Positions 10,407 through 19,851 of a stretch of DNA of 64,000 nt are shown here, piece by piece. The stretch is from an uncultured Methanosarcinales archaeon. Lineage in GTDB: Archaea; Nanobdellota; Nanobdellia; Woesearchaeales; JAGWAF01. The stretch spans positions 87,513 through 151,512 of the forward strand of contig CAYPXA010000002.1 in NCBI GenBank assembly GCA_964414985.1, read 5' to 3'. Position 1 is the first letter of the stretch; every line of letters starts with the position of its first letter. Both the position numbers and the translations under genes were made by a program. The notes beneath the pieces were generated by a model, which saw only the letters and a program-made list of their open reading frames with translations, did not search any database and was not told where the DNA came from.

Positions 10407-10522
10407 ATTAGTTCTAAGGTGTTTAGCCTTTTTAAAGCTTTATTTAAATATTTTATAAATTAAATACCACTAGGGAGTGACTAAAGAAACGAAACCTTTA
10501 TATATTAGTATTACCTATACTC
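10407..10522. promoter_or_regulatory. divergent intergenic region with TATA-like box TTTATATATT (10497-10506) upstream of S8 protease gene
   Basis: AT-rich box about 25 nt upstream of candidate start region; divergent gene pair. Confidence 0.4.
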
Positions 10523-13500
10523 TTGAAGGAGTGGGTGTTTGGGTCTAAAATGGATAACAAGTACGGATTATTCATGGTTATTGCAGGAGTTCTTCTACTT
10601 ATAGCAGTGCCATCTGCATTTGTTGCAGACTACCTGCTTAACTGCAATACTGTTATAGCAAGCCCTATATCCTCCAAAGTCTTATCCGAATCATATCTTA
10701 AAGCGCCAGATGCTATTTCTGCGCCAGCAGAGCCTGCCGAGCAGGCTGAAACTGCTGAACCCAAGCCAGCAGAAGTTAGCTCATCTAGCAAAAGCTCTTC
10801 TTCATCAAAGTCATTAGTATCTTACACTCCTCCAACCAGAAGGACAAACGCAAAATCCAAGGTTGAGCAGTCAGTACAGGACAAGATTGAAAATGAAGGA
10901 AATGCAAGAGTCATTGTTTCTCTTAATGAGCCTTCACAGAAGGACTTTGTTCTTAGCCAGCTTTCATCTTTTGAAAAGGAAGCTGACATGAAAGAAGGAT
11001 TTGCAGGCTATGTAAATGAAGCAGACTTAAGCATTCTTGCTGCAAGCGACGCAGTAAACCTTATTGAAGAAGACAGGCCTTTGAGAATTGCAACAGCTGA
11101 AAGCTTTCCACTGATGAAAGTAGCGCAATCAAAGAACTCAACACTCAACGGCTATGCAGGCATTACAGGCGCAGGACAAACAGTCTGCGTGATTGATACG
11201 GGAGTTGATTATTATCACCCTGCTTTGGGTGGTTGTTCAGGAACACAGTTTTTGAATGGAACTTGCCCAAAGGTTATTGGAGGTTATGATTATTATAATA
11301 ATGATGCAAACCCGGTTGACGACAACGGCCACGGAACTGCAATTGCAGGAATCATTGCAGCAAACGGCACAACATACAAAGGAATTGCACCAGAAGCAAA
11401 GATTGTTGCTCTCAAGATAACAGACTCAAATGGAAATGGATGGACTTCAAGGCTGAATAGTGCATTGGATTGGTGCAACAACAATGCAACCCAGTTTAAC
11501 ATAACTGCTATTTCAATAGCTTTTGCATATGATGATAATGGAACCACCTGGAACACATCTACCCTTTGCGATTCAGGAACAACTGCAACAAGGATTGCAA
11601 CAGCTGTAAGTAAAAACATCACAGTCTTTGCGCCTACCGGAAACAACGGAGACATTGACGAAGTTGGTTTCCCTGCGTGCAACTCAAATGTGATTTCTGT
11701 TTCGTCTGTTCAGGACGGCTCTAATGGCGGTTCTGGTGCAGATGTTATTCCAAGCGTTGCAGGAGACGGATGGAGCCCTGCAAGATTCCCAGGCATGGTT
11801 GATGTTTTGGCACCGGGGGATGCTATTGACACAATTAGACTATATCCCTCGGTTAACTACTCTTACAACAATGGTGGCTCTTCTTTGTCAAGTGCGCACG
11901 CAGTTGGTGCAGGCATTATTTTGAGGGAGTATTTCCAGGGAAGGTACAACACAGTCTTGACTCCTAGCCAGATTAAGAATATTCTTACAATTACAGGAAA
12001 GCCAATTTATGATAGCGCTACTTCATACACTTATTACAGGATTGACATGCTCAAGGCTGTAAATTATGAAACTTATGCGCCTGTTCCAACTCAGATTACT
12101 TCAACCAGTGCTGTTTTTACAAATTCAAATGTTGCTTTAGTCTATAATGTTACAGACCATCATGCAATTGCAAACTGCACTTTGTACATCAACGGAACAT
12201 CAAACTTGACAGATACAACTGTTGCAAGGAACACAAACCAGAATTTTACTTTGTCATTGGCAGACGGCTCATACTCATGGAAGATAAGCTGTTATGACAA
12301 CTCAACTATTCCAAACCAGGGCAATTCAACATCAAGGACTTTTACAGTTGACACAACTAATCCTTCTTCAGTTACAGGACTTAACTCTCCATCGCTTAGC
12401 CATAACTGGATTTACTGGAATTGGACAAATCCAAGCGATGCAGATTTTGACAACGCCATTATTTACATCAACGGAACTAATGTTGTCAACACAACAAACA
12501 ATTATTACAACGCAACAGGCCTGAATTCAGGAGTGTCATACCAGATTAAGATTCATACAAAAGACACAAACGGAAACATAAACAATACAGACGTTGCTTT
12601 AACAAACACAACAATAGACATACTGCCACCCTCAAGCATTTCAGCGCTCTCACTTTCATCAAAAGGAGTAACATGGATATTGTGGACCTGGACAAATCCT
12701 TCAGATTCAGACTTCAGCCAGGCAATTGTTTACATTGACGGAAACAACGTTGCAAACATCACAGGAAACAGCTACAATGCAACAGGATTCAGCGGAAACA
12801 CAACGCACACAATCAAAGTGCACACCAAAGACACAAACGGAAACGTAAACAGCACAGATGTTTCAGACTCACAAACAACAAATCCTGTTCCTGACACAAC
12901 ACCACCAGGAACAATCTCCAACTTAGACTCTCCAGCATTGGGAACAGACTGGATTTACTGGACCTGGAACAATCCTTCAGACTCAGACTTTCACCAGGCA
13001 ATAATCTACATTGACGGAAACAACGTTGCAAACATCACAGGAAACTCTTACAACGCAACAGGATTGTCGCACTCAACACAATACACAATAAATGTCCACA
13101 CAAAAGACACATCAGGAAATGTTAACACAAACGACATAACAGACGCACAAACAACAAACACACCAGCACCCTCATCAGTTTCAGGCCTTGCTGCGCAATC
13201 AAAAGGCACAACCTGGATTTACTGGAGCTGGACAAACCCTTCAGAGTCTTATTTTGACGAATGCATAATCTACATAGACAGCATAAATGTTGCAAACACA
13301 ACAAGCAACTACTACAACGCAACAGGCTTCCTGCCTTTTGAACCTCACACAATAGTAATCCACACAAAAGGAGCAAACGGAGCTGTAAACACAGCAGACA
13401 TAACAGACACAGACTCAACTCTGCAGAGCTCAGTTGACCTGGAAGTAACACACTTTGGAATTTATTCAGACAACCCAAGAGCAAACTCAATGACATCCTT

Positions 13501-13756
13501 TGCAGCTTTCATCCAAAACAAAGGAACAATCACTGCAAGCAACATCTACTGGAAATTTGAAAGCGATGAAAACAACATCAACCACACATCAGGCCCATTC
13601 AGCCTTGCACCCGGAGGAATAGCAAGACTCTATCCGTCTTTTAATTACGCATCAGCAGGAGCCTATAATCCTGTATTCACAATAGACTATCAAAACATAG
13701 TAATAGAATCAAACGAATCAAACAACCAGAAAACAATAACAGTCAATATTTCATGA
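10523..13756 (+). CDS. subtilisin-like serine protease (peptidase S8) with four tandem ~95-aa Ig/FN3-like repeats and C-terminal CARDB-like domain
   Basis: Catalytic triad motifs VIDTGVD, DDNGHGTAIAG, GGSSLSSAHAVGAG; N-terminal TM/signal; repeated NW(I/T)YW.WTNPSD...IY(I/D)(N/G)N.VAN..... units; real start may be ATG at 10550. Confidence 0.85.
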   Translation: MKEWVFGSKMDNKYGLFMVIAGVLLLIAVPSAFVADYLLNCNTVIASPISSKVLSESYLKAPDAISAPAEPAEQAETAEPKPAEVSSSSKSSSSSKSLVSYTPPTRRTNAKSKVEQSVQDKIENEGNARVIVSLNEPSQKDFVLSQLSSFEKEADMKEGFAGYVNEADLSILAASDAVNLIEEDRPLRIATAESFPLMKVAQSKNSTLNGYAGITGAGQTVCVIDTGVDYYHPALGGCSGTQFLNGTCPKVIGGYDYYNNDANPVDDNGHGTAIAGIIAANGTTYKGIAPEAKIVALKITDSNGNGWTSRLNSALDWCNNNATQFNITAISIAFAYDDNGTTWNTSTLCDSGTTATRIATAVSKNITVFAPTGNNGDIDEVGFPACNSNVISVSSVQDGSNGGSGADVIPSVAGDGWSPARFPGMVDVLAPGDAIDTIRLYPSVNYSYNNGGSSLSSAHAVGAGIILREYFQGRYNTVLTPSQIKNILTITGKPIYDSATSYTYYRIDMLKAVNYETYAPVPTQITSTSAVFTNSNVALVYNVTDHHAIANCTLYINGTSNLTDTTVARNTNQNFTLSLADGSYSWKISCYDNSTIPNQGNSTSRTFTVDTTNPSSVTGLNSPSLSHNWIYWNWTNPSDADFDNAIIYINGTNVVNTTNNYYNATGLNSGVSYQIKIHTKDTNGNINNTDVALTNTTIDILPPSSISALSLSSKGVTWILWTWTNPSDSDFSQAIVYIDGNNVANITGNSYNATGFSGNTTHTIKVHTKDTNGNVNSTDVSDSQTTNPVPDTTPPGTISNLDSPALGTDWIYWTWNNPSDSDFHQAIIYIDGNNVANITGNSYNATGLSHSTQYTINVHTKDTSGNVNTNDITDAQTTNTPAPSSVSGLAAQSKGTTWIYWSWTNPSESYFDECIIYIDSINVANTTSNYYNATGFLPFEPHTIVIHTKGANGAVNTADITDTDSTLQSSVDLEVTHFGIYSDNPRANSMTSFAAFIQNKGTITASNIYWKFESDENNINHTSGPFSLAPGGIARLYPSFNYASAGAYNPVFTIDYQNIVIESNESNNQKTITVNIS
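12355..13440 (+). repeat. four tandem ~285-bp intragenic repeats (about 90% DNA identity between repeats 2 and 3) encoding FN3/Ig-like domains of the S8 protease
   Basis: Direct comparison e.g. 12700-12800 vs 12965-13065 nearly identical. Confidence 0.7.
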
Positions 13757-13763
13757 GGCTAAA

Positions 13764-14522
13764 ATGGAAAACCCAGAAAAACCAAGATGGTATCAGACTC
13801 TTGCTATGAAAGCAGTATTATACTCTTCAATAGCCAGCTCAATCTTCGGATTTGCAGCAGGATGCAGCGAAAAGCCAAAGCCTCAGCCAGGAGTGCTTAC
13901 AGCAATAATCACAGCATCGCCAAATTCAGGAGGAAAGTCGCTTGACGTGCTTCTTGACGGCTCAGCTTCTGCAAAAGGAGACACAGGAGACATAACAGAG
14001 TATAGGTTTGACTTTGACGGAGACGGAACTGATGACTATACAGAGAATGCAGCAAACGCTCCAGACGGTTTATTTGACGGAAAAACAAATCACACTTACC
14101 CAACACAGGGAGACTTCAATTCAAGGCTCACAATAAAGGATGCATCAGGCAAGGAAAGCATAGACTATGACATTGTAAGGGTTGGATTCGGAACTGACCA
14201 AACAGGAGCAATGGACTATGTAGACCAAAAGTTCTATGATGCTGAAAACTGGGCTCCTTACAGGGCAACATTATTCTCTGTGCTTGACAGGACAAACGGA
14301 AGAACAGACGAATACCAGTATTTTATTGCAGATGTTGACGGATACAACACATCAACAGGAAAATCAAAGTTTGTCATATGGGACTATGACCATTTATCTC
14401 CAGAGCAGAAAAGCTGCCTTGAAAACAGGACTCAGGAAGACATTGAAATAAACCCTCAAATAATCTTCATAGAAGAAGACTACTCTCCTGAAACAATCGG
14501 CTGGCTGCTTGGGCTTGAGTGA
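13764..14522 (+). CDS. lipoprotein with PKD-like domain
   Basis: Lipobox-like AAGCS after hydrophobic segment; VLLDGSAS...HTY...GDFNSRLTIKDASG resembles PKD domain; 8 bp downstream of protease gene. Confidence 0.6.
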   Translation: MENPEKPRWYQTLAMKAVLYSSIASSIFGFAAGCSEKPKPQPGVLTAIITASPNSGGKSLDVLLDGSASAKGDTGDITEYRFDFDGDGTDDYTENAANAPDGLFDGKTNHTYPTQGDFNSRLTIKDASGKESIDYDIVRVGFGTDQTGAMDYVDQKFYDAENWAPYRATLFSVLDRTNGRTDEYQYFIADVDGYNTSTGKSKFVIWDYDHLSPEQKSCLENRTQEDIEINPQIIFIEEDYSPETIGWLLGLE

Positions 14523-14561
14523 ATTTTTCAGATTTAAATCCAAAGCTTTAAATAAATAGTC

Positions 14562-15125
14562 GTGTTTAGTACGACTATTATGGAGATAAACAGAAATGAG
14601 GACAAAATCCTCAAGCTTTTTTTTGACGAGCCTTTAAGGAAATTCAGGTTTAAGGATATTGCAGCGCTTTCAGGGCTTCACAGGGACAATGCAAACAACT
14701 GGCTCTCCAGCCTCTTGAAGAAAAGCCTGATACTAAGGCACAAGCCCAAGGGAAAATATCCTTATTATACTTCAAACCATATGAATGCATCCTTCAGGAA
14801 CCGCAAAAGGATTTATGCCCTCACAATGCTTTACGAATGCGGGCTGCTTGATTTGCTCTGCTCAATCAAAGAAGCTTCTGCAGTCATTCTCTTTGGAAGC
14901 TTTGCAAGAAGCGACTGGCACAAGGGCTCAGACATTGACATTTTTCTATATGGATTGGGAAATCAGCCTGACTTCTCTAAGTTTGAAAAAATTCTTGGAA
15001 GGAAAATCGAAATATTTTCGTGCAAAGACAGGAAATCCTTAAATTCCCTGAACCCTCACCTTCTAAGAAACATTTCAAGGGGGTATTACCTTAAGGGAAA
15101 CATTCCTCCTGCAGGTGAAGCATAA
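14562..15125 (+). CDS. minimal nucleotidyltransferase (MNT) with N-terminal wHTH; antitoxin-like partner of HEPN
   Basis: GSFARSDWHKGSDIDIF = GS-x10-DxD Pol-beta NTase signature. Confidence 0.7.
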   Translation: MFSTTIMEINRNEDKILKLFFDEPLRKFRFKDIAALSGLHRDNANNWLSSLLKKSLILRHKPKGKYPYYTSNHMNASFRNRKRIYALTMLYECGLLDLLCSIKEASAVILFGSFARSDWHKGSDIDIFLYGLGNQPDFSKFEKILGRKIEIFSCKDRKSLNSLNPHLLRNISRGYYLKGNIPPAGEA

Positions 15126-15590
15126 ATGGAAAAGACGATTGAAGATGCATACGACTTCTGCATTGCAGAAGGCAAAATTATTGCAAAGGATGAGGTTGAC
15201 ATAAACAAGGCAATATCCCTTTTTGAGTCTGCTGAAAATGAGATAAGGATTGCAAAAAAGCTTGAATCCATAAGCGAAAATGCAGAAAGCCACCTTTTTA
15301 AGACATATTATGACGCTTTAAGGCTTTTTGCTGATGCGCTGCTTGTTTTTGACAGCACAGAATGCCTCAACCATTACTGCCTTTTTGCCTGCATTGCAGT
15401 CAAGCACCCTGAGCTTGAGCTGGACTGGGAGACTATGGAAAGCCTTAGGCAGATGAGAAACAGGATATGCTATTACGGCAAGACAATAGGCAGCCACGAG
15501 TGGAAGATGCAGCGGCTCAAGCTTGATATATGCATATCCTCGCTTAGGTCTGCAGTCTCAAGCAAGATTAGCGGGCATAAGAGCTGCTGA
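15126..15590 (+). CDS. HEPN domain protein (toxin-like partner of MNT)
   Basis: R-x4-6-H motif (RNRICYYGKTIGSHE); ATG immediately follows TAA of MNT gene (15123-15128 TAAATG). Confidence 0.65.
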   Translation: MEKTIEDAYDFCIAEGKIIAKDEVDINKAISLFESAENEIRIAKKLESISENAESHLFKTYYDALRLFADALLVFDSTECLNHYCLFACIAVKHPELELDWETMESLRQMRNRICYYGKTIGSHEWKMQRLKLDICISSLRSAVSSKISGHKSC

Positions 15591-15639
15591 TTTTTTTCTT
15601 TCATAAAGTATTTAAACTCTCTTTCTTATTCTTTCAATT
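15591..15639 (+). terminator. oligo-T tract (TTTTTTTCTTTC) downstream of HEPN gene followed by TATTTAAA box for next gene
   Basis: Archaeal terminators are oligo-T runs; seen directly. Confidence 0.35.
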
Positions 15640-16422
15640 ATGAGAATCACTCTTGACATCTCCAAATCGCTTGAAAGGAATGCAGAAGCCTACTTTGAAA
15701 AGGCAAAGAAGTCCAGGAAAAAGATAGAAGGAGCAAGAGAGATAGTTGAAAAGACAAAAAAGAAGCTTGAGGCTGCGCTCAAAAGGCAGTCAGAGGAGTG
15801 CGCTGCAGCAGACGAAAAGCAGAAGCTCAAAGACAGGAAAAAGAGATGGTATGAAAAGTTCAGGTGGTTCATAACTTCAGACGGGTTTATGGTTGTTGGA
15901 GGCAGAGATGCAACAACAAACGAGATAATAATCAAGAAGCACGCTGAAAAAGGAGACCTTGTTTTTCACACTGACATGGCAGGCTCGCCTTTCTTTGTAA
16001 TAAAATCTGAAGGAAAGCAGATTTCTGAAACAGCCATAAATGAGACTGCAGACGCAACCTGCTCTTTCAGCAGGGCTTGGCAGCTCGGGCTTCCAAAGCA
16101 GGATGTCTTTTATGTCAATCCAGAGCAGATTACAAAAACTCCAAAGCCAGGAGAATACCTCCAGAAAGGAGCTTTCATAATCAACGGAAAGGCAAACTAT
16201 GCAGATAATAAAATAAACTGCGCATTGGGAATAACTGCTGAAGGAGAGATAATGGCAGGGCCTGCAGAGGCTGTTAAAAAGCACTGCGAAAAATATGTAG
16301 AGATTGTGCAGGGCAATGAAAAATCATCAAAGATAGCAAAGCAGATACTCTACAAAATCGGCGGAGACCTTGACGGAATAATAAGGGCGATGCCCACAGG
16401 CGGCGTCAAGATAAAAAAATAA
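15640..16422 (+). CDS. NFACT-R (DUF814) domain protein with N-terminal coiled coil
   Basis: FITSDGFMVVGGRDATTNEIIIKKHAEKGDLVFHTDMAGSPFFVIK matches DUF814/NFACT-R core. Confidence 0.6.
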   Translation: MRITLDISKSLERNAEAYFEKAKKSRKKIEGAREIVEKTKKKLEAALKRQSEECAAADEKQKLKDRKKRWYEKFRWFITSDGFMVVGGRDATTNEIIIKKHAEKGDLVFHTDMAGSPFFVIKSEGKQISETAINETADATCSFSRAWQLGLPKQDVFYVNPEQITKTPKPGEYLQKGAFIINGKANYADNKINCALGITAEGEIMAGPAEAVKKHCEKYVEIVQGNEKSSKIAKQILYKIGGDLDGIIRAMPTGGVKIKK

Positions 16423-16497
16423 GATTTCTTGATTTTTAGGCAAAGCGCCAGTTTTATATATTGTCTATTATCTCCCTTAAATCAAGTGGGTGAGAAT

Positions 16498-16896
16498 ATG
16501 GGTCAAGATAAGTATTCCAAATATACTGCAAATCAGATAATGGACATGTTTCATCAGAAGGGATGGAACTTTTATGCGCGCCATGCTGGAATCAGCCCTG
16601 AAAAGACAATTGGCGAGCATCTTGCAGACAATCTGGATATTGATACTCCTTATGTCCTTCTTCCATCTGCAAACAACCCTTCTGATGAAAAGCAGGTATT
16701 TGCAGCTCTTGAAGCGCTTGCAATAAGGCTCAACAGGGAAATGCCCACAATCCGTGTTAAAGGAATGGATTATATTATTCTGGGGCTTACACTTGAAGAT
16801 TGCTGTGTAAAAATTCATTCTCCTGAAGGAATAAGAGTCAATTATCCTTCATTTATTCAGGCAATTAATTCTGTAGTGGATGCAAACGTGCAGTAA
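16498..16896 (+). CDS. hypothetical protein (132 aa from ATG 16498 with GGTGAG SD)
   Basis: ORF 16429-16896; internal ATG preceded by SD-like GGTGAG. Confidence 0.4.
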   Translation: MGQDKYSKYTANQIMDMFHQKGWNFYARHAGISPEKTIGEHLADNLDIDTPYVLLPSANNPSDEKQVFAALEALAIRLNREMPTIRVKGMDYIILGLTLEDCCVKIHSPEGIRVNYPSFIQAINSVVDANVQ

Positions 16897-17040
16897 ATTC
16901 AGCTTGATTTTTATTTCAGCCCATTGAGCAGAGCTTCAATCTCATTGAAAACTTTCTTCTTTTTTTCGCTGCTGCCTGCAACCTGGATTTTTGCAAGGGC
17001 TACATCGCTTGGCTTAAGCCGGATTCCTTTCAAACAGAAA

Positions 17041-17107
17041 CATTTATATATCTCATATTTACAAATATGTCCTAATTTAGTAACAATTATGTTACAAATA
17101 TGTAAAC
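17041..17107 (+). promoter_or_regulatory. promoter/operator: TATA-like CATTTATATATCTC plus two 12-bp direct repeats TTACAAATATGT (17059-17070, 17092-17103) ending 5 bp before RHH gene ATG
   Basis: Read from sequence; 33-bp spacing (3 helical turns). Confidence 0.45.
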
Positions 17108-17254
17108 ATGGCAAAAAGAGTCTCAATTTCGCTTGATGCAGAGCAGATTAAGGTGCTTAACTCACTTAAAGGCCTTGGGACAAAGGATGCTGAAAAGGTA
17201 AAAAGCATTTTTCTGGCTTATCTGTCAGAAAAGGGGTATTTTGATAAAAAATGA
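17108..17254 (+). CDS. ribbon-helix-helix (CopG/Arc-like) small DNA-binding protein, 48 aa (not in ORF track)
   Basis: MAKRVSISLDAEQIKVLNSLKGLGTKDAEKVKSIFLAYLSEKGYFDKK: beta-strand (RVSISLD) then two helices typical of RHH; stop TGA overlaps ATG of next gene (ATGA). Confidence 0.4.
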   Translation: MAKRVSISLDAEQIKVLNSLKGLGTKDAEKVKSIFLAYLSEKGYFDKK

Positions 17255-18063
17255 AATTCGTGAAAGAATCAGACATAAGGCTGAAGCAAAGAAGCAGGGA
17301 TGCCAAAAAGGGAGATTCAGGAAAAGCGCTTATTATAGGCGGAAATGAGGATTATGCAGGCTGCCTTGCGCTTGCAGGAGTTGCTGCGCTTATGACTGGC
17401 ATAGACTGGGTTACTGTTGCAGCTCCTGAAAAGCCTGGCTGGGCTGTCAGCGCTCTTTCGCCTGACCTTGTGGTCAAAAAATTCAAATGCAGCCATTTTT
17501 CAGAAAAGCACGCTGATGAAATAATCAGGCTCAGCAGGGATTTTGATGCTGTGCTTATTGGAAACGGAATGGGGCTGAAATCCGCATCCTTTGCAAGAAA
17601 GGTCGCGCAAGGGGTAAACAAGCCGATTGTCATCGACGCAGATGGCATAAAATCAGTGAGGGTGGGAGAAGTGAGGAAGGCTGTCCTCACACCCCACATT
17701 AAAGAATTTGAGATTCTCCTTGAGAACTCAGGCATTAATGAGGATGAGCTCCAGAAAAATCTCGGCAGCAATGTTGTGCTGCTCAAGGGAAGGGTTGACA
17801 AAATAATCTCAAAGAATAAAACTGCCTTCAACAAGACCGGAAATGAGAGAATGGCTGTTGCAGGAACCGGAGATGTGCTTGCAGGCCTTGTCCTCGGCTT
17901 TCTTGCGCAGGGCTATTCCCACTTTGATTCAGCATGCTGGGCTGCCTACATAAACGGAAAAGCAGGAGATAGGCTTAAAAACAAGAAGGGATACTCATTC
18001 ATAGCTTCAGACCTGGCAGAAGAGATAGGCGCAATAATGAAAAAAAGGCTTGCAAACAAATAA
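17251..18063 (+). CDS. YjeF C-terminal domain protein, ADP/ATP-dependent NAD(P)H-hydrate dehydratase
   Basis: KALIIGG...AGC.ALAG.AAL..G.D.V..A; LIGNGMG; TPH; AGTGDVLAG motifs of carbohydrate-kinase-like YjeF-C. Confidence 0.8.
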   Translation: MKFVKESDIRLKQRSRDAKKGDSGKALIIGGNEDYAGCLALAGVAALMTGIDWVTVAAPEKPGWAVSALSPDLVVKKFKCSHFSEKHADEIIRLSRDFDAVLIGNGMGLKSASFARKVAQGVNKPIVIDADGIKSVRVGEVRKAVLTPHIKEFEILLENSGINEDELQKNLGSNVVLLKGRVDKIISKNKTAFNKTGNERMAVAGTGDVLAGLVLGFLAQGYSHFDSACWAAYINGKAGDRLKNKKGYSFIASDLAEEIGAIMKKRLANK

Positions 18064-18073
18064 GGTGATTTTC

Positions 18074-18331
18074 ATGGAAGACATAGCTCAGCTTAGAAAG
18101 AATGCAAAGGCGCTCGAGCCTGTTGTAAGAATAGGCAAATCAGGGCTTTCAGATTCTGTAATATCTGAAATCAAAAAGCATCTTGAGCAGAAAAGGCTTA
18201 TCAAAATAAAGATGCTTAGGAGCTTTATAGGCACATCAGACAAGAAAGCTGCTGCACAGCAGCTTGCAGACAAGACCAATTCAATACTTGTCCAAAGGAC
18301 AGGGCTTGTTGCAGTGCTTGCAAAGAAGTAG
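18074..18331 (+). CDS. YhbY/CRM-domain RNA-binding protein
   Basis: LRKNAKALEPVVRIGKSGLSDSVISEIKKHLEQKRLIKIKM resembles YhbY (GKNGLT..v..i...L..heLiKvk). Confidence 0.65.
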   Translation: MEDIAQLRKNAKALEPVVRIGKSGLSDSVISEIKKHLEQKRLIKIKMLRSFIGTSDKKAAAQQLADKTNSILVQRTGLVAVLAKK

Positions 18332-18378
18332 AAAAGTATATAATCAAAAACTGATAATATATCCCAAAAAAGAGGTGA

Positions 18379-19806
18379 ATGATGGCTGAAGCAGGCGGAG
18401 TCAAGATAATCCCCAAATCCGAGTACTTTAAGCCCAAGGAGGACGGAGGGCTTGGGTATAAAAGGGAATGGATGGAAATGGGCAAAGACCAGCTTATTGA
18501 GACTGATTTCCCTGAATCACTTTACAAATGGAGATGCGTCTACGAAACTCCAAACAAGTCAATTGAAGAGCCTTATTTCTGGCTTCTAAACTATATGAGG
18601 CTCGACTTGGGCTTTCTCTCGATTGAGAAGATTACAGACGTATTTTCAGCTTCAGAGCATTCTGCATTTTTCGGAGTTGCCCAGCAGAGGATAGGCCTGC
18701 AGCAGGACAAGGTTGTCCAGTACCTTGCAACAATAGGCAAGATGATAAAAGACCTTTTCCAGCTTGTTAGGGAGCTTAGGATAATCGATGAAAGGATTGG
18801 CTACTACAAAGACAGCATGGACGAGAAAAGCAAAAGCAGGGGAAGCGCTGAAATAACCCTCAAGGGAATCTGGGTTGACATGGTTGAGGGCGGCTCAAAA
18901 AATCCCGGCTCAGTCTACGGCCTGGCAAGGGAGCTTCAGTTCACAACTCTTCCAGATTTGTTCTACGCAATCCACCCAAAGTCTGCAAAGGATGTTGATA
19001 TGCTTGTTGATGCTCTTGACTTCAACCAAAAGGTAAAGGAAGTGCTGAAGAGGAAGCTAAGGCAGTTTCTTGACTGGAAGCAGTCAACATTCGGAGAGCT
19101 GAATGTAAGAAGGACATTTACTGTCAAATATCTAAGGCAGCACTATGACATAATCAACATGTATATGGCATGGGTAAGGCCTTATTTAAGGAACCTTAGA
19201 AGGCTTAAAGTATCTGGCGAGATGGCAGACTCTCCTGACCTTGTTTCAGCATTTGAGGGAAGCATGATGGAAGTTGAAGTGCTTGCAAAATTTGTTCCTG
19301 CCAACAACAAAAAATACTTTGGCTGCCTTAATATCCACTTTGATTTCAGGACAAGGCCTTCGCTGAACTACCAGCAGGAAGGCTACCAGAGAGGGCCAAT
19401 CCACGTCGGAGAGGCAAAGATTTTCTGGAGATTTTATGCATGGACGCAGGAAGACATTGACAATTACAAGGCAATGAGGGCATATGAGGACTTTGAGATG
19501 CTTTCATCCATAGACAGCTCTGTAAAGTCTGCAATGGACGCATTGGGAACTGAAATGATGAACTACCTTAAGGAAGCAGGCGAGCAGTTTCCCTCAAAAG
19601 AGCAAAAAAAGGAAGAGCTTGCGCCAAAGATGAGGCTTTTCGGATTTTTGCCTCCTGCACGGCCAAAGAAGGAGAAGGCAGGCAAGCCTCCAAAGCCGGA
19701 CAAGTTTAAAGATGAGAAAGAGTTTGGCAAGGCAAAGGCTGCAAAAGGCCTTGCATGGCTTGCTTACAAGAACTTCAAGCAGTCCCACGGCCTTGCAACA
19801 TGGTAG
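18379..19806 (+). CDS. hypothetical 475-aa protein, first gene of uncharacterised 3-gene operon; Lys-rich C-terminal tail
   Basis: GAGGTG SD 7 nt upstream of ATG; no recognisable catalytic or NTP-binding motif. Confidence 0.55.
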   Translation: MMAEAGGVKIIPKSEYFKPKEDGGLGYKREWMEMGKDQLIETDFPESLYKWRCVYETPNKSIEEPYFWLLNYMRLDLGFLSIEKITDVFSASEHSAFFGVAQQRIGLQQDKVVQYLATIGKMIKDLFQLVRELRIIDERIGYYKDSMDEKSKSRGSAEITLKGIWVDMVEGGSKNPGSVYGLARELQFTTLPDLFYAIHPKSAKDVDMLVDALDFNQKVKEVLKRKLRQFLDWKQSTFGELNVRRTFTVKYLRQHYDIINMYMAWVRPYLRNLRRLKVSGEMADSPDLVSAFEGSMMEVEVLAKFVPANNKKYFGCLNIHFDFRTRPSLNYQQEGYQRGPIHVGEAKIFWRFYAWTQEDIDNYKAMRAYEDFEMLSSIDSSVKSAMDALGTEMMNYLKEAGEQFPSKEQKKEELAPKMRLFGFLPPARPKKEKAGKPPKPDKFKDEKEFGKAKAAKGLAWLAYKNFKQSHGLATW

Positions 19807-19851
19807 CCAGGCAGCATTAAGCTTAAAAGCAGGCAAATCATTGTTCAGACT

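Noticed and set aside
11293-13496. Numerous 60-130-aa antisense ORFs inside the S8 protease gene (e.g. 11293-11682, 13122-13496)
   Set aside because: Leu/Cys-rich low-complexity translations of the antisense strand of a repeat-rich gene, with no independent signals.
16911-17136. Overlapping 70-71-aa ORFs on both strands in the 16897-17107 intergenic region
   Set aside because: They overlap the TATA box and direct-repeat operator of the RHH gene and have no SD or promoter of their own. They are most likely non-coding.
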